Positions 9,700-18,495 of a stretch of DNA of 29,830 bases are shown here, piece after piece. Every line of letters begins with the position of its first letter. The first letter of the stretch is position 1. This stretch comes from Gemmatimonadaceae bacterium. Lineage in GTDB: Bacteria > Gemmatimonadota > Gemmatimonadetes > Gemmatimonadales > Gemmatimonadaceae. The notes beneath the pieces were generated by a model. It had not been told where the DNA came from. It searched no databases and saw nothing but the letters and a program-made list of their open reading frames with translations. The translations under genes and the position numbers were made by a program. Location of the stretch: assembly GCA_040902005.1 (NCBI GenBank), contig JBBDYA010000112.1, positions 1-29,830 on the forward strand, given 5' to 3'.

Positions 9700-9904
9700 G
9701 CGCCGCTCCACCGCGCACCGCGCACCGGGGATGGCGTTCCCGCGAGCTCGCGCCACACCACGCGGAGCGAAGCGGTCGCGTCCGTGCCGGACCGCAGTGC
9801 GCCGATCGCCGCGTCCAGCGCGGCCGCCAGGCGCGGCTGCTCCGCAAGCGCATCCACCCGCACCAGGATCAGCGTGTCCACGGCCCCCCCCCCCACCCCC
9901 CCCC
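9693..9904 (-). other. Out-of-frame C-terminal remainder (~63 codons) of the DUF4175-like gene beyond a homopolymer frameshift
   Basis: After the G9-T-G11 tract the alternative frame reads AVDTLILVRVDALAEQPRLAAALDAAIGALRSG...WSGAW* and its stop overlaps the DUF4159 start. Confidence 0.8.
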
Positions 9905-11626
9905 GGCGGGGTCGCTCGTCAACAGGTCGATGGCCGTGAGGAAACGCTCGCGGCGGGCGAGCGCGGGGGCGACGGCGCTCGACCGTTGCCCGCGTCCCCC
10001 GGGATCGATCCCCTCGCGCTTGCCGCTGAGCCGAACCCTCGGCAGGTCGATCACGATGTTCGGCGGCCGGCCGCGGAGATAGAGGCGCTCCGCGGCGCGG
10101 GCCCGCTGGATCGCCTCCAGCGCCACCCGCATGTGCGGCAGCGCGGCCCGCGGCTCGCCGACGCGCAGTCGCCGCTCCGCGTCCCACATGGCGTTGAACG
10201 CCTCGAGCAGCGGCCGGTTCACGTTGATTACTGGTCCCCCCCCCCCTTCGTCGTGCGCGTGCTCGTCGGGGTCCACGACGGTCGCCGCCTCGGCCGCGCG
10301 CAGCAGTGCCTCGCCCGGCGACACGGTATCCGCCAGCGCGTCGGACACCTCGTCGTGCGCATCTTCCTCCCCGGTGAGCCGCGTGAAGATGATCTCGCCC
10401 ACGCGCCGTCGCAGGCGCCCCTGCTCCACGCCGATGGTTCCCGACTCGGTACCAACGCGGGACCGCGACAGCGCGCGCTCCTGCGCCACCAGCCGCTCTG
10501 TCATCATGATCAGCATGCGCTGACTCAGCTCCGACTGGCCAACCTCCGGAGGCAGCATGCCCTCGATGGAAATGGAATCCGACTCGCCGCGGCGAAACAC
10601 CCGCAGGGTCCGCGTCTCGGAACTTCCCGCCTCCGCGTCGGGCGCGGGGTTGGCGTCGCGTGCCGTCGCGCGCAGGTGCACCACGTCGCCGGGCTGAAGC
10701 CGCAGCGAATCCAGGTCGAGCGCGCTCTCCCACCGCAGATCGCGCGCGCCGCGCGCGGAGACCCGCCCCAGCTCGGCGCTGCGAAAGGTGAAGCTCTCGC
10801 CACTCCCCGAGCTGACGATGACCTCGAACCGGCCGGAGATGATGCCGATGTCATCGCGCGCGATGGCCGCCAGCGGAATGACGCCACCGGCCACCGGGAG
10901 CACCGTGTCGCGCGCCGGACGCTCCAGCACCACGCGCGGGGTGGAGTCGGCGCGCGGCTCGAGCGCGACCATCCGCTGTTCGTCGCCGCGCTGGAGTCGC
11001 AGCACGCCGGCCCGCGCCGGCATCGTCGCCGTTCCCGTCCAGCCACCGCTGAACCGGATGCTGCTGCCCACCAGCGCGGTGACCGTGGTCGGATTCTCCA
11101 GGGTAACGACGGGCAGACGCGCATAGCCGGGCGACGTGACGGTGGCGAGAAAGTTGGCGCTGCCGCGGGCGTCGCCGGCGCGCGCGCCGTCGGCGCCCAC
11201 TAGGCGCGCCCCCAGCGTGGTGCGCGCCACCGTGGCCACCAGCGGCCGCACGACGAACTCCATCCCGACCAGCAGCGCCAGCGGCAGTCCAACCAGCCTG
11301 AGTCCTGCGAGCGCCAACACGCTCCCGAAGCGCGTGCCATGCACCTGCGTCTCCAGCGTCCGGCGAAAGCGCGTGTCCGGCGCGTCGATGAGCGCGGCGA
11401 GCGAATAGCGCAGCCCCGGCAGCCGCTCCTCCAGCCAGAGCACCACGCGCCGACGCGAGAACACGCCGCGCCACCACCAGAGTGCCGCGAGCGTCACCAT
11501 CGATGCCAGCACACTGCCATACACCGGGTGCACGCGCGCAAACGCAATCCACAACAGCGCGGCGCCGAGCAGCGCGCTCGCCGTGAGATACGCGCGCGTT
11601 GCCTGGACCCGCGCCGCCGCCGTCAT
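9869..11626 (-). CDS. DUF4175-like membrane protein of the MoxR operon; 585 aa as written, ~644 aa if the frameshift is repaired
   Basis: ATGA overlap with the BatA-like gene at 11626. N-terminal TMs, Ig-like region with ARDDIGI and LQPGDVVHLRATARD, then helical region SQRMLIMMTERL and MWDAERRLR...ERLYL. Ends 12 nt after the poly-G tract. Confidence 0.75.
   Translation of the reverse strand: MTAAARVQATRAYLTASALLGAALLWIAFARVHPVYGSVLASMVTLAALWWWRGVFSRRRVVLWLEERLPGLRYSLAALIDAPDTRFRRTLETQVHGTRFGSVLALAGLRLVGLPLALLVGMEFVVRPLVATVARTTLGARLVGADGARAGDARGSANFLATVTSPGYARLPVVTLENPTTVTALVGSSIRFSGGWTGTATMPARAGVLRLQRGDEQRMVALEPRADSTPRVVLERPARDTVLPVAGGVIPLAAIARDDIGIISGRFEVIVSSGSGESFTFRSAELGRVSARGARDLRWESALDLDSLRLQPGDVVHLRATARDANPAPDAEAGSSETRTLRVFRRGESDSISIEGMLPPEVGQSELSQRMLIMMTERLVAQERALSRSRVGTESGTIGVEQGRLRRRVGEIIFTRLTGEEDAHDEVSDALADTVSPGEALLRAAEAATVVDPDEHAHDEGGGGPVINVNRPLLEAFNAMWDAERRLRVGEPRAALPHMRVALEAIQRARAAERLYLRGRPPNIVIDLPRVRLSGKREGIDPGGRGQRSSAVAPALARRERFLTAIDLLTSDPAGGGWGGGPWTR
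9884..9904 (+). repeat. Homopolymer pair C11-A-C9 (G9-T-G11 on coding strand)
   Basis: Read directly at 9884-9894 and 9896-9904. Confidence 0.95.
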
Positions 11627-12900
11627 GCCAGGCCTCGCGCTCTCGCCCGCACCAGTTGCTCGGCGACGAGAACGCCCAGCGCGAGGAGGGCGAGCCACAG
11701 CGGCGCGCGCGATCCGGACTCCCGCGCGGGGCGCGGCCCAGGCGATCTCCCCGGACTGGCGCCAGGCGCGCCGGAGTCCGGGCTGACGGGAGTGAGCGCG
11801 GCCATCGCGAAGTCGGGCGCACCGCCGCACGGCTCGAGCAGCGACCGCGCGATGTCGCGGAAGCTGTCGCGCAGCGCCTCGTCGCCGACGGCGTCCACGG
11901 GAATCGCGACCTCACGCACGCATCCGAGGCCCAGCGGCCGCTCCGTGGCCGCGGGCGCTCCGTCCAGCCAGCGAGCCAGCACGCGTCCCGCGCGCGGCTG
12001 GTACTCCCTGGCGAACGTGCCCACGACCACCCTACCCGCGGCCGCGATCCCTCCCTGGGAGTCCGTCGCCTCGCGACGAACCAGCACCGCGCCCGCGTCG
12101 GTCGCCGGCCACAGCACCAGCGCGCCAGCGGAGTCACGCGCCCATGCCGAATCCGCGCGCGTGGGAAGCGTTCGCACCACGCGCCCCGTGGCCGGCGGGC
12201 CCGCCGCCCGCGTCGCGGGCACTGCGCCGGGAACGACAGCGGCCACGGGATCGTCGCCGACGGCGCGAACTTCCCATCTCGGAGCCGGGGCCGCCGCCGC
12301 TGCTGCCACGCGCACCACGCGAACCGGCCCGTCCCACAGGGCGATCAGACGGCTCGTCGCGGCGTCCATTGCTTCGCGCACCACCGGCGAGACCAGCACC
12401 AGCTCCGACTCGTTCCGCTGATCCGCAAGGCTGGCCCGCGCGCGGTGCGCGGCCACGAGCCCCGCCGACAGCGATCCACGCGCGCCGGACACCGTGAGCG
12501 CATCCAGTGAGTCGCGCGTCACACGCCGCGCCGTGGAATCGAAGGCGATGAAGATTCCGCCATCCGTCGCCGCGGCGAGTGCGCTGTCGCGCGCCTCGTC
12601 CATCGATGCCACGGCGCGCGAAACATCCACGAGCACCACCCGAGGCGGCCCGCTTCGCGGAACGTGCGCGCCCGCGAGCGCCAGCCCGAGCAGCGCCACG
12701 GCCAGCAGGCGCAGCAGCAGGAGCGCGACGTCCGAGATGCGGCGCGTGCGCATCACCGCCAGAGGTGCGCGTTCGGGGACGAATCCCACGGTGGGCAGCA
12801 CGTCGCGCGGGGGCACGCTGGTGGAGAAGAGGTGCGCGACCACGACGCCCACGCCGACCACGGCCGCCGCCACCAGCCAGAGCGGTGCCAGGACGCTCAC
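11623..12900 (-). CDS. BatA-like N-terminal double-TM protein with degenerate VWA motif (425 aa)
   Basis: GTGA overlap start at 12900. MSVLAPLWL...AHLF...PTVGF...LLLLRLLAVALLGLALAG is the BatA N-terminal pattern; VVLVDVSRAV is a degenerate MIDAS; C-terminal TM ends AEQLVRARARG. Confidence 0.8.
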   Translation of the reverse strand: MSVLAPLWLVAAAVVGVGVVVAHLFSTSVPPRDVLPTVGFVPERAPLAVMRTRRISDVALLLLRLLAVALLGLALAGAHVPRSGPPRVVLVDVSRAVASMDEARDSALAAATDGGIFIAFDSTARRVTRDSLDALTVSGARGSLSAGLVAAHRARASLADQRNESELVLVSPVVREAMDAATSRLIALWDGPVRVVRVAAAAAAPAPRWEVRAVGDDPVAAVVPGAVPATRAAGPPATGRVVRTLPTRADSAWARDSAGALVLWPATDAGAVLVRREATDSQGGIAAAGRVVVGTFAREYQPRAGRVLARWLDGAPAATERPLGLGCVREVAIPVDAVGDEALRDSFRDIARSLLEPCGGAPDFAMAALTPVSPDSGAPGASPGRSPGPRPARESGSRAPLWLALLALGVLVAEQLVRARARGLA

Positions 12901-13796
12901 GCGTTCCCCTCGCCACGAACGGCGTTGCCGGCGACGACCCGGCGCACCGCGTCCCGCACGGACTCGTCGGTGGACGTGAGCACGTAGTTCGCGTGCATCG
13001 CGTGCAGCTCGCCCGCCACGCGCGCGCGCCATGACGCGAACGCCGCGTCGTACCCCGCGCGGTTGTTCGCGCTCAGCGCCCGTTGCACCGAGGGACGCTC
13101 CGGATCGGCCGCCAGGAACGCGCGCGCCGGAGGATCCAGCTCCGCCGAGGCCACCACGTGCACGGCGACGATCTCCGACCCCGAGGCCGCGGCCACATGC
13201 AGCGCCGGCACCGCGCGCTCGGCGCCGCCCAGGAAGTCACTGATCACCACGAGGCGGGGCGGCGAGGACACGCGGCTCAGGGTGTCCGCCACGGACACGT
13301 CACCGTCCGCCTCCGTAGAGTGGAACAGCGTCGCGACGTCGTGCAACACGTCGCGGCGCCTCCTCGCGGGAACGGCGCGGTCACCGCCCCGCGCCGCGAC
13401 CACCACGCCCACGGCGTCTCCGTCCGCGATGGCGATCGATGCCAGCCCCAGCGCGATCGCGCACGCGTGCTCCCACTTGCCATAGCCCGCGACGGGAAAC
13501 CGCATCGACGCCGACGCATCCACCACGATCGCGGTGCGGAGCGCGGCGTGATCGTCCGCGATCCGGAGAAAGAGCCGGTCGGTGCGGCCGAACAGCTTCC
13601 AGTCCAGCCGGCGCAGGTCGTCCCCCGGCCGGTAGGCGCGGTACTCCGTGAACTCCGGCGACCGGCCCCGGCGCGAGGAGCGGTGCGCGCCCGGCTCACC
13701 CGCGCGCGCGCGCGACGCGGAGGGCCACGTCAGGCCGGCCAGCGCGTCGAGGAGCTCGGCGTATGCAGCGAGCGAGCCCGCCCCGGAGCGCAACAT
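12897..13796 (-). CDS. DUF58 family VWA-like protein (299 aa)
   Basis: GAHRSSRRGRSPEFTEYRAYRPGDDLRRLDWKLFGRTDRLF, VVDASASM (MIDAS), VVISDF. ATG lies 2 nt after the moxR stop. Confidence 0.93.
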   Translation of the reverse strand: MLRSGAGSLAAYAELLDALAGLTWPSASRARAGEPGAHRSSRRGRSPEFTEYRAYRPGDDLRRLDWKLFGRTDRLFLRIADDHAALRTAIVVDASASMRFPVAGYGKWEHACAIALGLASIAIADGDAVGVVVAARGGDRAVPARRRRDVLHDVATLFHSTEADGDVSVADTLSRVSSPPRLVVISDFLGGAERAVPALHVAAASGSEIVAVHVVASAELDPPARAFLAADPERPSVQRALSANNRAGYDAAFASWRARVAGELHAMHANYVLTSTDESVRDAVRRVVAGNAVRGEGNA

Positions 13797-13798
13797 CG

Positions 13799-14845
13799 CT
13801 AGACGGGAATCGAGCTCCGCGGCGCCTGGACGTGCTCCAGCAGGTCGGCGATCACGCGCTCCGCGTTCACCCCCTCGGCCTGCGCCGCGAAGTTCGTGAG
13901 TACCCGATGCCGCAGTACCGGGAACGCCACGCGGCGGATGTCGTCCGGGCTCACGGCGAACCGACCGTCCAGCAGCGCCGCGGCCTTCGCGCCGAGCACG
14001 AGCGCCTGTCCCGCGCGCGGACCCGCGCCCCATCGCACGAACTTGCGAACGAGTTGCGGCACCGCGGGGGGGGGCGAGTCGGGACGGGTGGCGCGGACGA
14101 GGCTGGCCGCGTATTGCAGGATGGGCTCCGCCGCCGGCAGGTCGCGCGTGAGGCGCTGGAGCCGCAGCACGCCGTCCGCGTCCACTACGCGCTCCACGGT
14201 GGACTCGGCGGAGCCGGTGGTGGACCGGAGGATCTCGACCTCGTCGCGCTCGCTGGGGTACCCGACGCGGATATCGAAGAGGAACCGGTCCAGCTGCGCC
14301 TCTGGCAGCGGGTAAGTGCCCTCCTGCTCGATGGGGTTCTGCGTGGCCAGCACGAAGAACGGCTCAGGGAGACGCATCGTGTCACCACTCGCGGTCACCG
14401 AGTGTTCCTGCATTGCCTCGAGGAGCGCGGCCTGCGTGCGCGGCGGCGCGCGATTGATCTCGTCGGCAAGCACGATGTTGGTGAACACGGGGCCGCGCAC
14501 GAAGCGGAACGAGCGTCCACCGGCGGGATCCTCGTCCAGGATCTCCGTGCCGGTGATGTCACTGGGCACGAGGTCGGGGGTGAACTGCACGCGCCGGAAA
14601 TCCAGGTGCATCGCGTCGGCCACGGAGCGCACCATGAGCGTCTTGGCCAGGCCCGGCACACCCACCAGCAGGGCGTGTCCGCCAGCCAGGAGCGCCATGA
14701 GGATCTCGTCGATCGCGTCGCGCTGGCCCACGATGCGCGCGCCTACCTGCGCCCGCAGCTGGCGGAGGGCGGCGATCAACTGCTCTTCGTCGTTCGACTG
14801 AACGCGTCCGATCGCCGGCGCGTCCGGTCGCTGTGCATGCGCCAC
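13799..14845 (-). CDS. moxR: MoxR-family AAA+ ATPase (348 aa)
   Basis: Walker A GVPGLAKT, RVQFTPDLVPSDITG, Walker B LADEINRAPPRTQAALLEAMQE, ATQNPIEQEGTYPLPEAQLDRF. SD GGAGG at 14857-14853. Confidence 0.96.
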   Translation of the reverse strand: MAHAQRPDAPAIGRVQSNDEEQLIAALRQLRAQVGARIVGQRDAIDEILMALLAGGHALLVGVPGLAKTLMVRSVADAMHLDFRRVQFTPDLVPSDITGTEILDEDPAGGRSFRFVRGPVFTNIVLADEINRAPPRTQAALLEAMQEHSVTASGDTMRLPEPFFVLATQNPIEQEGTYPLPEAQLDRFLFDIRVGYPSERDEVEILRSTTGSAESTVERVVDADGVLRLQRLTRDLPAAEPILQYAASLVRATRPDSPPPAVPQLVRKFVRWGAGPRAGQALVLGAKAAALLDGRFAVSPDDIRRVAFPVLRHRVLTNFAAQAEGVNAERVIADLLEHVQAPRSSIPV

Positions 14846-14904
14846 TGCACCGCCTCCGGGAGTTCGTGGGGGGTGGGGGTACGTCCCGTGTCGGACTCTA
14901 ACGC

Positions 14905-14933
14905 AAGCTAGCGCCAGCCGCGCCGCGTGTCAT
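14905..14933 (-). promoter_or_regulatory. Putative sigma-70 promoter of the moxR operon
   Basis: Minus strand ATGACA (14933-14928), 17 nt, TAGCTT (14910-14905), about 60 nt upstream of the start. Confidence 0.55.
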
Positions 14934-15035
14934 TCGGGCGCCGCGCGGCGGATCGCGCCCAGGGATCCTCTGAAGAATGGAGGCTGGAGGCGCGGGGGCC
15001 GCGTGGCTTCAGCCAACTCATTCTTCCGAGGATCC

Positions 15036-17663
15036 CTAGACAGTCCTGCCGACACCGCGCACGATGCCTTCCACGCGCCGCTCAGGATCGAAGTACCGGT
15101 GCGCGGTGGCACGGATGGACTCCGGCGTCACCGCACGCACGCGCGCCTCGTGCTGGTCCAGCTCCGCGAGCGAGCCGAACATCCACGCCTCGGCGATCTC
15201 GCCCAGCACCGCACCGCCGCTCTGCTGCCGGATGGCGTGCGTACCCAGCGCGTACATCTGCGCGCGCTCCAGCTCCTCATCCGCCACCGGCTCCACCCGC
15301 AGCTTGTGCAGCTCCGCGAGCAGTCCGTCCCGGGCAGTCCGCTCCTTTTCCGGCGACGTCGCGATGTACGCGCTGAATGTGCCGGCGGCCCGACGCTCGC
15401 TGGCGAATGCATGCACCGTGTAGCAGAGCGACTGCCTGTCGCGCAGCTCGTCGAACAACCGTCCACCCAGACCGCTCGCGATTCCAGAGAGCATGGCGAC
15501 GTCGAAGCGCGCGTTGTCGTTCCGGGCGGGCGACGGCCAGGAGAGCACCAGCGCGGTCTGCGCCTTGTCCCTCGGTTCCACGACTTCGATGGCGCGCGAC
15601 GGCCATTCGGGCGTCGCGAGCGCGTCGGTCGGCGCGAACCGGAGTTCGCTGAAGTGGCGCGCCGCCAGGCCGGCCAGCGCGTCCGGGTCGCCTTCGCCGA
15701 CGATCACGATCACGCTGGGCGCGTGGAGGATCCGCGCGCTGTGCCACTCGACGAGGTCCGCGCGCGTGTGCGACTGGAGCGACGCCTCCGTGCCGAGTGG
15801 CGACACGCCGTAGGGATGTCCAGCGAATGCCGCCTGCGCCGCCAGCCGCATCGGAAAGCGGAACATGTCGTCGCGCAGCACTTCGAGATCGGCCAGCGCG
15901 ATGGCGCGCTCCGTTTCCAGCGCGTCCGCGTCGAACGCCGGACGCTGCGCCACGTCCGCGAGCAGCTCCATCGCGGCGGCGACGTGCCGCACCGGCACGG
16001 AGATCGTCCAGCCCACGCTGTCGCCTCCCACCACGGCGCCCACGCTTCCGCCCAGCAGTTCGCCTTCCTCGGCGAACTGCACCGCGTTGCGCCGCGCCGT
16101 TCCCTTCACGGCGGTGCGCGCCATCAGTGCGGTGCGACCGCCGATTTCCTCCCGCTCGTGCGTCGATCCGCCCACCGCGAACACGCCCGCGTACGCGATG
16201 AGCGCGCCGGGGCGCGGCCGCACCAGCACCGGCACTCCCGACGCCAGGTGGTAGACGTGCACGCCCGCGTCCGTCCGATCACGTCGCGGCGTAGCCACGG
16301 CCGCCGTCTCGACGGCGCGCACCGCATGGCCGGATGCAGCGAGCGGTTCCGCCGACGCGCGCGCCAGTCGCGCGCGCATCGACTGCGCGTCGGTGGCGAT
16401 CACCGGCGACCGTGCCGGCCGGTAGACCAGCACCGCCGCCTGATCCTCGCGCAGATACTTGCCCGCGGCCGCCGCGATGTCGTCCGCCGACACGGTGAGC
16501 AACCGCTCGTAGTAGCGCTCTCCCAATTGCCAGCTGCCCAGCGATTCCCACTCGGCGAGATGGTTCGCCTGCCCCTCCATGTTCTCGAGCCGGCGCACCC
16601 AGCGCGACTCCGTGATGCGGCGCAGCCGCTCCAGCTCCAGGGTGGCAATGCCGTCGTCGCGCAGCCGGCGTACCTGGTCCCACGTGGCGTCCAGCGCCGC
16701 GCCGGCATCGTCGGGCTGCGTCTCCGCCTGGATGGCGAACACGCCGATGTCGCGCGGCGTGTAGTTGAACGCGCCAATGCTGGACGCCAGCGCGCGCTCC
16801 CGCACCGCACGGTACAGTCGCGACGCGCGGCCGGCGCTGAGCGCCGCGGCCACCATGTCCAGCGCCGGCGTGTCGGGATGCAGCGTGCCCGGCGCGCGCC
16901 ATGCCACCGCCACCTGCGTTTGCGTGACGTCGCCCGACAGCTCGCGATAACGAAAGCCGGGGTCGGCGTCCTCCGATGGTCCGAGCTCCCGTCGCGGCTC
17001 ACCCGGCGGAATGTCACCGTACAGGCGCTCGATGTGCCCGAAGGCCTCCTCGGGCTGCATGTCGCCCACAAGAACGAGCACGGTGGTCGACGGCCGGTAG
17101 AAATTTTGGTAGAAGCCGACCAGGTGCTCGCGCGTGAGTGCTCGCAGTCCCGCCTCCCGACCCATGCGCCAGCGGCGAATGCGGTGGCGGTCGTGCAGCA
17201 CCTCGTACAGCGTCTCCATCGCGAGCGCAGACGGATTGTCCGCCTTGCGCTTCACTTCCTGAATGATCACCTCGAGCTCCCGGGCCAGCTCCGCTCCGTC
17301 GATGAGCGAGTGACGGTACGCATCCGCCTGGATCTCGAGCGCCGGCACGTATCCGCTGGACGGAACCACGGCGTAGTAGAGTGTGTGGTCGTAGATCGTG
17401 GCCGCGTTCAGGTACCCGCCAACGGCCTTGGTCTGGCGCGCGATCTCCCCCACGCCACGCGTGGGCGTGCCCTTGAAGTACATGTGCTCGAGCACGTGCG
17501 CGATGCCCGCCACGTCATCGGACTCGTCGAAATACCCGGCATCCACGTAGGTGACGATGGCCGCCACAGGCGCGGACGGATCGCGTCGTACGAGCACGCG
17601 AAGGCCGTTCCCCAGCACGCGTCGGATTACGGTCGCGGGAGCTATGAGTGGCATGTCGGTCAC
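15036..17663 (-). CDS. M16 family (pitrilysin/insulinase-like) zinc peptidase, two-module single chain (~875 aa)
   Basis: Inverted zinc motif HVLEH in GIAHVLEHMYFKGT, GGYLNAAT, RELEVIIQE, SRLYRAVRE; the second module lacks HxxEH and has GRLFDELRDRQSLCY. Start GTG 17663 or ATG 17654. Confidence 0.93.
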   Translation of the reverse strand: MTDMPLIAPATVIRRVLGNGLRVLVRRDPSAPVAAIVTYVDAGYFDESDDVAGIAHVLEHMYFKGTPTRGVGEIARQTKAVGGYLNAATIYDHTLYYAVVPSSGYVPALEIQADAYRHSLIDGAELARELEVIIQEVKRKADNPSALAMETLYEVLHDRHRIRRWRMGREAGLRALTREHLVGFYQNFYRPSTTVLVLVGDMQPEEAFGHIERLYGDIPPGEPRRELGPSEDADPGFRYRELSGDVTQTQVAVAWRAPGTLHPDTPALDMVAAALSAGRASRLYRAVRERALASSIGAFNYTPRDIGVFAIQAETQPDDAGAALDATWDQVRRLRDDGIATLELERLRRITESRWVRRLENMEGQANHLAEWESLGSWQLGERYYERLLTVSADDIAAAAGKYLREDQAAVLVYRPARSPVIATDAQSMRARLARASAEPLAASGHAVRAVETAAVATPRRDRTDAGVHVYHLASGVPVLVRPRPGALIAYAGVFAVGGSTHEREEIGGRTALMARTAVKGTARRNAVQFAEEGELLGGSVGAVVGGDSVGWTISVPVRHVAAAMELLADVAQRPAFDADALETERAIALADLEVLRDDMFRFPMRLAAQAAFAGHPYGVSPLGTEASLQSHTRADLVEWHSARILHAPSVIVIVGEGDPDALAGLAARHFSELRFAPTDALATPEWPSRAIEVVEPRDKAQTALVLSWPSPARNDNARFDVAMLSGIASGLGGRLFDELRDRQSLCYTVHAFASERRAAGTFSAYIATSPEKERTARDGLLAELHKLRVEPVADEELERAQMYALGTHAIRQQSGGAVLGEIAEAWMFGSLAELDQHEARVRAVTPESIRATAHRYFDPERRVEGIVRGVGRTV

Positions 17664-17681
17664 CTAAAACTTAGGGTCCGA

Positions 17682-17728
17682 ACCACGGAGGACACGGACG
17701 CGGATGACGTGGATGACGTGGATGACGC
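17682..17728 (+). repeat. Intergenic 9-nt-period tandem repeat
   Basis: GGATGACG at 17702, 17711 and 17720, preceded by related units ACCACGGAG-GACACGGAC. Confidence 0.85.
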
Positions 17729-17742
17729 ATCGCGATTCACTG

Positions 17743-18495
17743 TCAGGCACTCCCCAATGGCCGCTTGCGCAACACGACGAGCCCGAGAAGAAAGCAGGTC
17801 AGTCCGTACCCTCCGAGCCACGCGATTGCTCCCCACGGCGTCTCGCCGGAAGGCTGGCCCATGACGATGGCGTACACCGCGTCCGCCCGATGCACCGGCG
17901 GCAGCAGATGCAGCAGGGCGTACCCGACGCCCGTGGACTGTCCCCACAGACTCCAGCCCACGTTGGCGACCAGCAGCACGGTGACGAGCGACATCCAGTC
18001 GAACCGCCACAGCGCCGAAAGCAGAAACCCGATGCCGCCGTACGCCAGGTACATCAGCGCCACCACCGCGAACAGCTCGGGCGGAAACATCGGCCGCACC
18101 GCCAGCGCCCACGCGCCCAGCAGCGCCAGCGTCACCACCAGCAGGCCGACGCCGTAGGCCACGAAGGTCACCGCGTAGTACGCGAGCGGGTTGACCGGCT
18201 TGGAGAACAGGAATCGATAGTACGAGAATTTCCGGTCGTTCGCGATGATCCCGTTCGTGGCGAAGAAGGTGCCGAGAAACACCAGCACTCCCAGTAGTCC
18301 GCGCAGCACGCGCGCGGCGATTTCCTCCGGCAGCCGCGCAAACCCCTCGGCGCCGCCCACCCCCTGCATCGACAGGAATCCGATCAGCAGCAGCACGATC
18401 GCCGTGGACGGGCCCTGATTCATGAAATAGTCGCGCGCGATCCAGGGCGCGTAGCGCGAGAGCCGCCCACGCCGATTGTCCACGAGCGCGCTCAT
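17743..18495 (-). CDS. ABC-2-like membrane permease (250 aa)
   Basis: ATGA overlap with the ABC ATPase stop; about six TMs; GIIANDRKFSYYRFLFSKPVNP loop resembles ABC-2 permeases. Confidence 0.8.
   Translation of the reverse strand: MSALVDNRRGRLSRYAPWIARDYFMNQGPSTAIVLLLIGFLSMQGVGGAEGFARLPEEIAARVLRGLLGVLVFLGTFFATNGIIANDRKFSYYRFLFSKPVNPLAYYAVTFVAYGVGLLVVTLALLGAWALAVRPMFPPELFAVVALMYLAYGGIGFLLSALWRFDWMSLVTVLLVANVGWSLWGQSTGVGYALLHLLPPVHRADAVYAIVMGQPSGETPWGAIAWLGGYGLTCFLLGLVVLRKRPLGSA

Noticed and set aside
17682..17728. Possible CRISPR array
   Set aside because: Units are 9 nt, contiguous, without spacers, and no cas genes are present.
15003..17864. 953-aa + strand ORF and many other long ORFs (e.g. 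1553-3166, 9611-11203, 23052-24464, 25544-27154)
   Set aside because: Antisense or alternative-frame shadows of motif-bearing genes. Arg/Ala/His-rich low-information translations are expected at this GC content.
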